From the NCBI GenBank assembly GCA_016840425.1, contig JAEOSI010000093.1:1-8002 (forward strand): a stretch of 8,002 nucleotides of DNA, written 5' to 3'. The notes below the pieces were generated by a model. The model made no database searches and was not told the DNA's origin. It worked only from the letters and a program-made list of their open reading frames with translations. This document shows, piece after piece, positions 6,504-8,002 of this stretch. The position numbers and the translations under genes are program-made. Source of the stretch: Candidatus Wukongarchaeum yapensis (GTDB lineage Archaea > Asgardarchaeota > Wukongarchaeia > Wukongarchaeales > Wukongarchaeaceae). Every line of letters begins with the position of its first letter. Within the stretch, counting starts at the first letter, position 1.

Positions 6504-6693
6504 CGGGGGGGTAAAACCTAAAAATTCTGAGAGTTAGTGAATTAACCGTTTAAGAAAACAAGGTCAATAACTGCTTAAGGCCTTTTCAAGCAAAAAATCA
6601 AAAAATTAGAAAAAGATAACACACTCTAGGAAAAAACAGAAAAAAAAGCCTAAAAAACTAAACAGTTTTACAATAGGTTTAACGGTGATGCGA

Positions 6694-6990
6694 ATGAATG
6701 ACAACCTTGAAAGAATCATAAACGCTCTCAAAGACTTGGGAAAGGAAATAAAAAAAGATTATAAGGCAGAGATTATTGGGGTTTTTGGTTCTTATGTGCG
6801 GGGAGAGCAGAAAGAAGGTAGTGATGTGGATATTCTCGTAAGATTTCTTGAAGGAGCTACACTCTTCGATTTTGTTGGGCTTGGAGACTTCCTTGAGGAA
6901 AAACTCGGAGTTAAAGTAGATATAGTTTCGGAGCGAGCATTAAGACAAGAGATAAGGGAGCAAATCCTTGAAGAAGTGGTGGCGGTATGA
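6694..6990 (+). CDS. mntA: Minimal nucleotidyltransferase (MNT) antitoxin of the MNT-HEPN system
   Basis: GSx10DxD motif (FGSYVRGEQKEGSDVDILV), LxDFLEEKLGVKVDIV. The start is probably ATG 6694 (GGTGA at 6684-6688); the ORF track starts at GTG 6685. ATGA overlap with the downstream gene. Confidence 0.92.
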   Translation: MNDNLERIINALKDLGKEIKKDYKAEIIGVFGSYVRGEQKEGSDVDILVRFLEGATLFDFVGLGDFLEEKLGVKVDIVSERALRQEIREQILEEVVAV

Positions 6991-7337
6991 AGAGAGACTA
7001 CAAACTCTTCGTAAGAGACATAATTTCTGCTATGGAATCCATAGAGAAGTTCGTGGAAGGAATGAGACTTGAAGAGTTTATTCAGGACGACAAAACCTCA
7101 AGTGCTGTAATTCGAAAATTTGAAATTATCGGAGAAGCAACAAAATACATCCCAGATTGGGTTAGAGAAAGGCATCGGGAAATTCCATGGAAAAGAATGA
7201 CGGGTATGAGAGACAGGTTGATTCATGCCTATTTTGGAATAGATTACAAATTAGTTTGGGATACTATAAAGATTGAGATACCAGAATTAAAACCTAAATT
7301 ACAACAAATCCTAGCAGAACTTGAAAAAACGAGATAA
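6987..7337 (+). CDS. hepT: HEPN (DUF86-type) RNase toxin
   Basis: AVIRKFEIIGEA, IPWKRMTGMRDRLIHAYFGID with the Rx4HxY motif, and LVWDTI. 116 aa, with a 4-nt overlap with MNT. Confidence 0.92.
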   Translation: MKRDYKLFVRDIISAMESIEKFVEGMRLEEFIQDDKTSSAVIRKFEIIGEATKYIPDWVRERHREIPWKRMTGMRDRLIHAYFGIDYKLVWDTIKIEIPELKPKLQQILAELEKTR

Positions 7338-7465
7338 AAATGAGAACCATAAAAATATCTAAAGTCATTCAAGCAATTAATTTTTTAAAAAAGTTCGGTA
7401 TTGAATAAGGCAGGAGAAATAATGATATGGAGGAAGAATATGGAAGTAATGGTGCTGGAAAGGGC

Positions 7466-8002
7466 GTGACTTGTTTGATTATGGCGGGGGGTAGGGGTAC
7501 AAGGCTTGGTATTAGTATTGAGAAGCCTTTGCTTGAGATTGGGAGTAAGACGATATTGGAGAGGGTTGTAGAAGCAGCTTTATCTGCTTCAAAAGTTGAT
7601 AGGGTTGTTGTGACTGTTACTTCTTTTACGCCTGAAACGAAGAAAAGGCTGGAGGAGAAGAGTGTTCCTTACATTGTAACGCAGGGTGAGGGTTTTATCG
7701 AGGATATGCGGTTTGCTATAAAAGAGGCAGATCTTTTTGGCGGGGTTTTAGTTCTTGTTTGTGATATACCCTTAATTACGGGGAAAGATATTGATGAAAT
7801 AGTGGCTCAGTATGAGCGTTGTGGGAAGCCCGCTATGTCCGTTATGGTTAAGGCGGAAGTTTATGAAAGAGTCGGGTTAGATCCTAGTTATATCGTGGAG
7901 CTTGAGGATGGAGAGCTTGCTGTACCTACGGGAATAAACTTTGTTCAGGCGGAGCTTATCAAAAGTTTAGGTGTTGAAGACGTATTAGAGGAAGAGGTAT
8001 AT
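7466..8002 (+). CDS. cobY: GTP:adenosylcobinamide-phosphate guanylyltransferase (NTP-transferase family), 3'-partial
   Basis: Not in the ORF track because there is no stop before the window end. Hand translation from GTG 7466: (M)TCLIMAGGRGTRLGISIEKPLL...TSFTPET...GEGFIEDM...CDIPLI...PTGINFV...EEEVY. Alternative in-frame ATG at 7427. cobS lies nearby. Confidence 0.88.
   Translation, partial: MTCLIMAGGRGTRLGISIEKPLLEIGSKTILERVVEAALSASKVDRVVVTVTSFTPETKKRLEEKSVPYIVTQGEGFIEDMRFAIKEADLFGGVLVLVCDIPLITGKDIDEIVAQYERCGKPAMSVMVKAEVYERVGLDPSYIVELEDGELAVPTGINFVQAELIKSLGVEDVLEEEVY

Overview
AT-rich window that is probably archaeal (CobY, GGTG/GGTGG ribosome-binding sites, oligo-T terminators) and centred on corrinoid-dependent methyl transfer. 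From left to right: the 3' part of an MtaB-family methanol:corrinoid methyltransferase whose frame is open from base 1; a stand-alone hydantoinase A/oxoprolinase-family (ASKHA-fold) ATPase-like gene; a convergent uncharacterised HExxH protein with a possible frameshifted tail; a thioredoxin-like protein; a ~250 bp mosaic of gene debris missed by the ORF track (antisense vapB/vapC toxin-antitoxin fragments joined to the 3' end of a DsrE/YchN-like gene); cobS; an intact MNT-HEPN toxin-antitoxin pair; and a cobY running off the right edge, also absent from the ORF track. No rRNA, tRNA, CRISPR array or IS element was seen. All family assignments come from motif recognition by eye against remembered consensus sequences; no database search was run.
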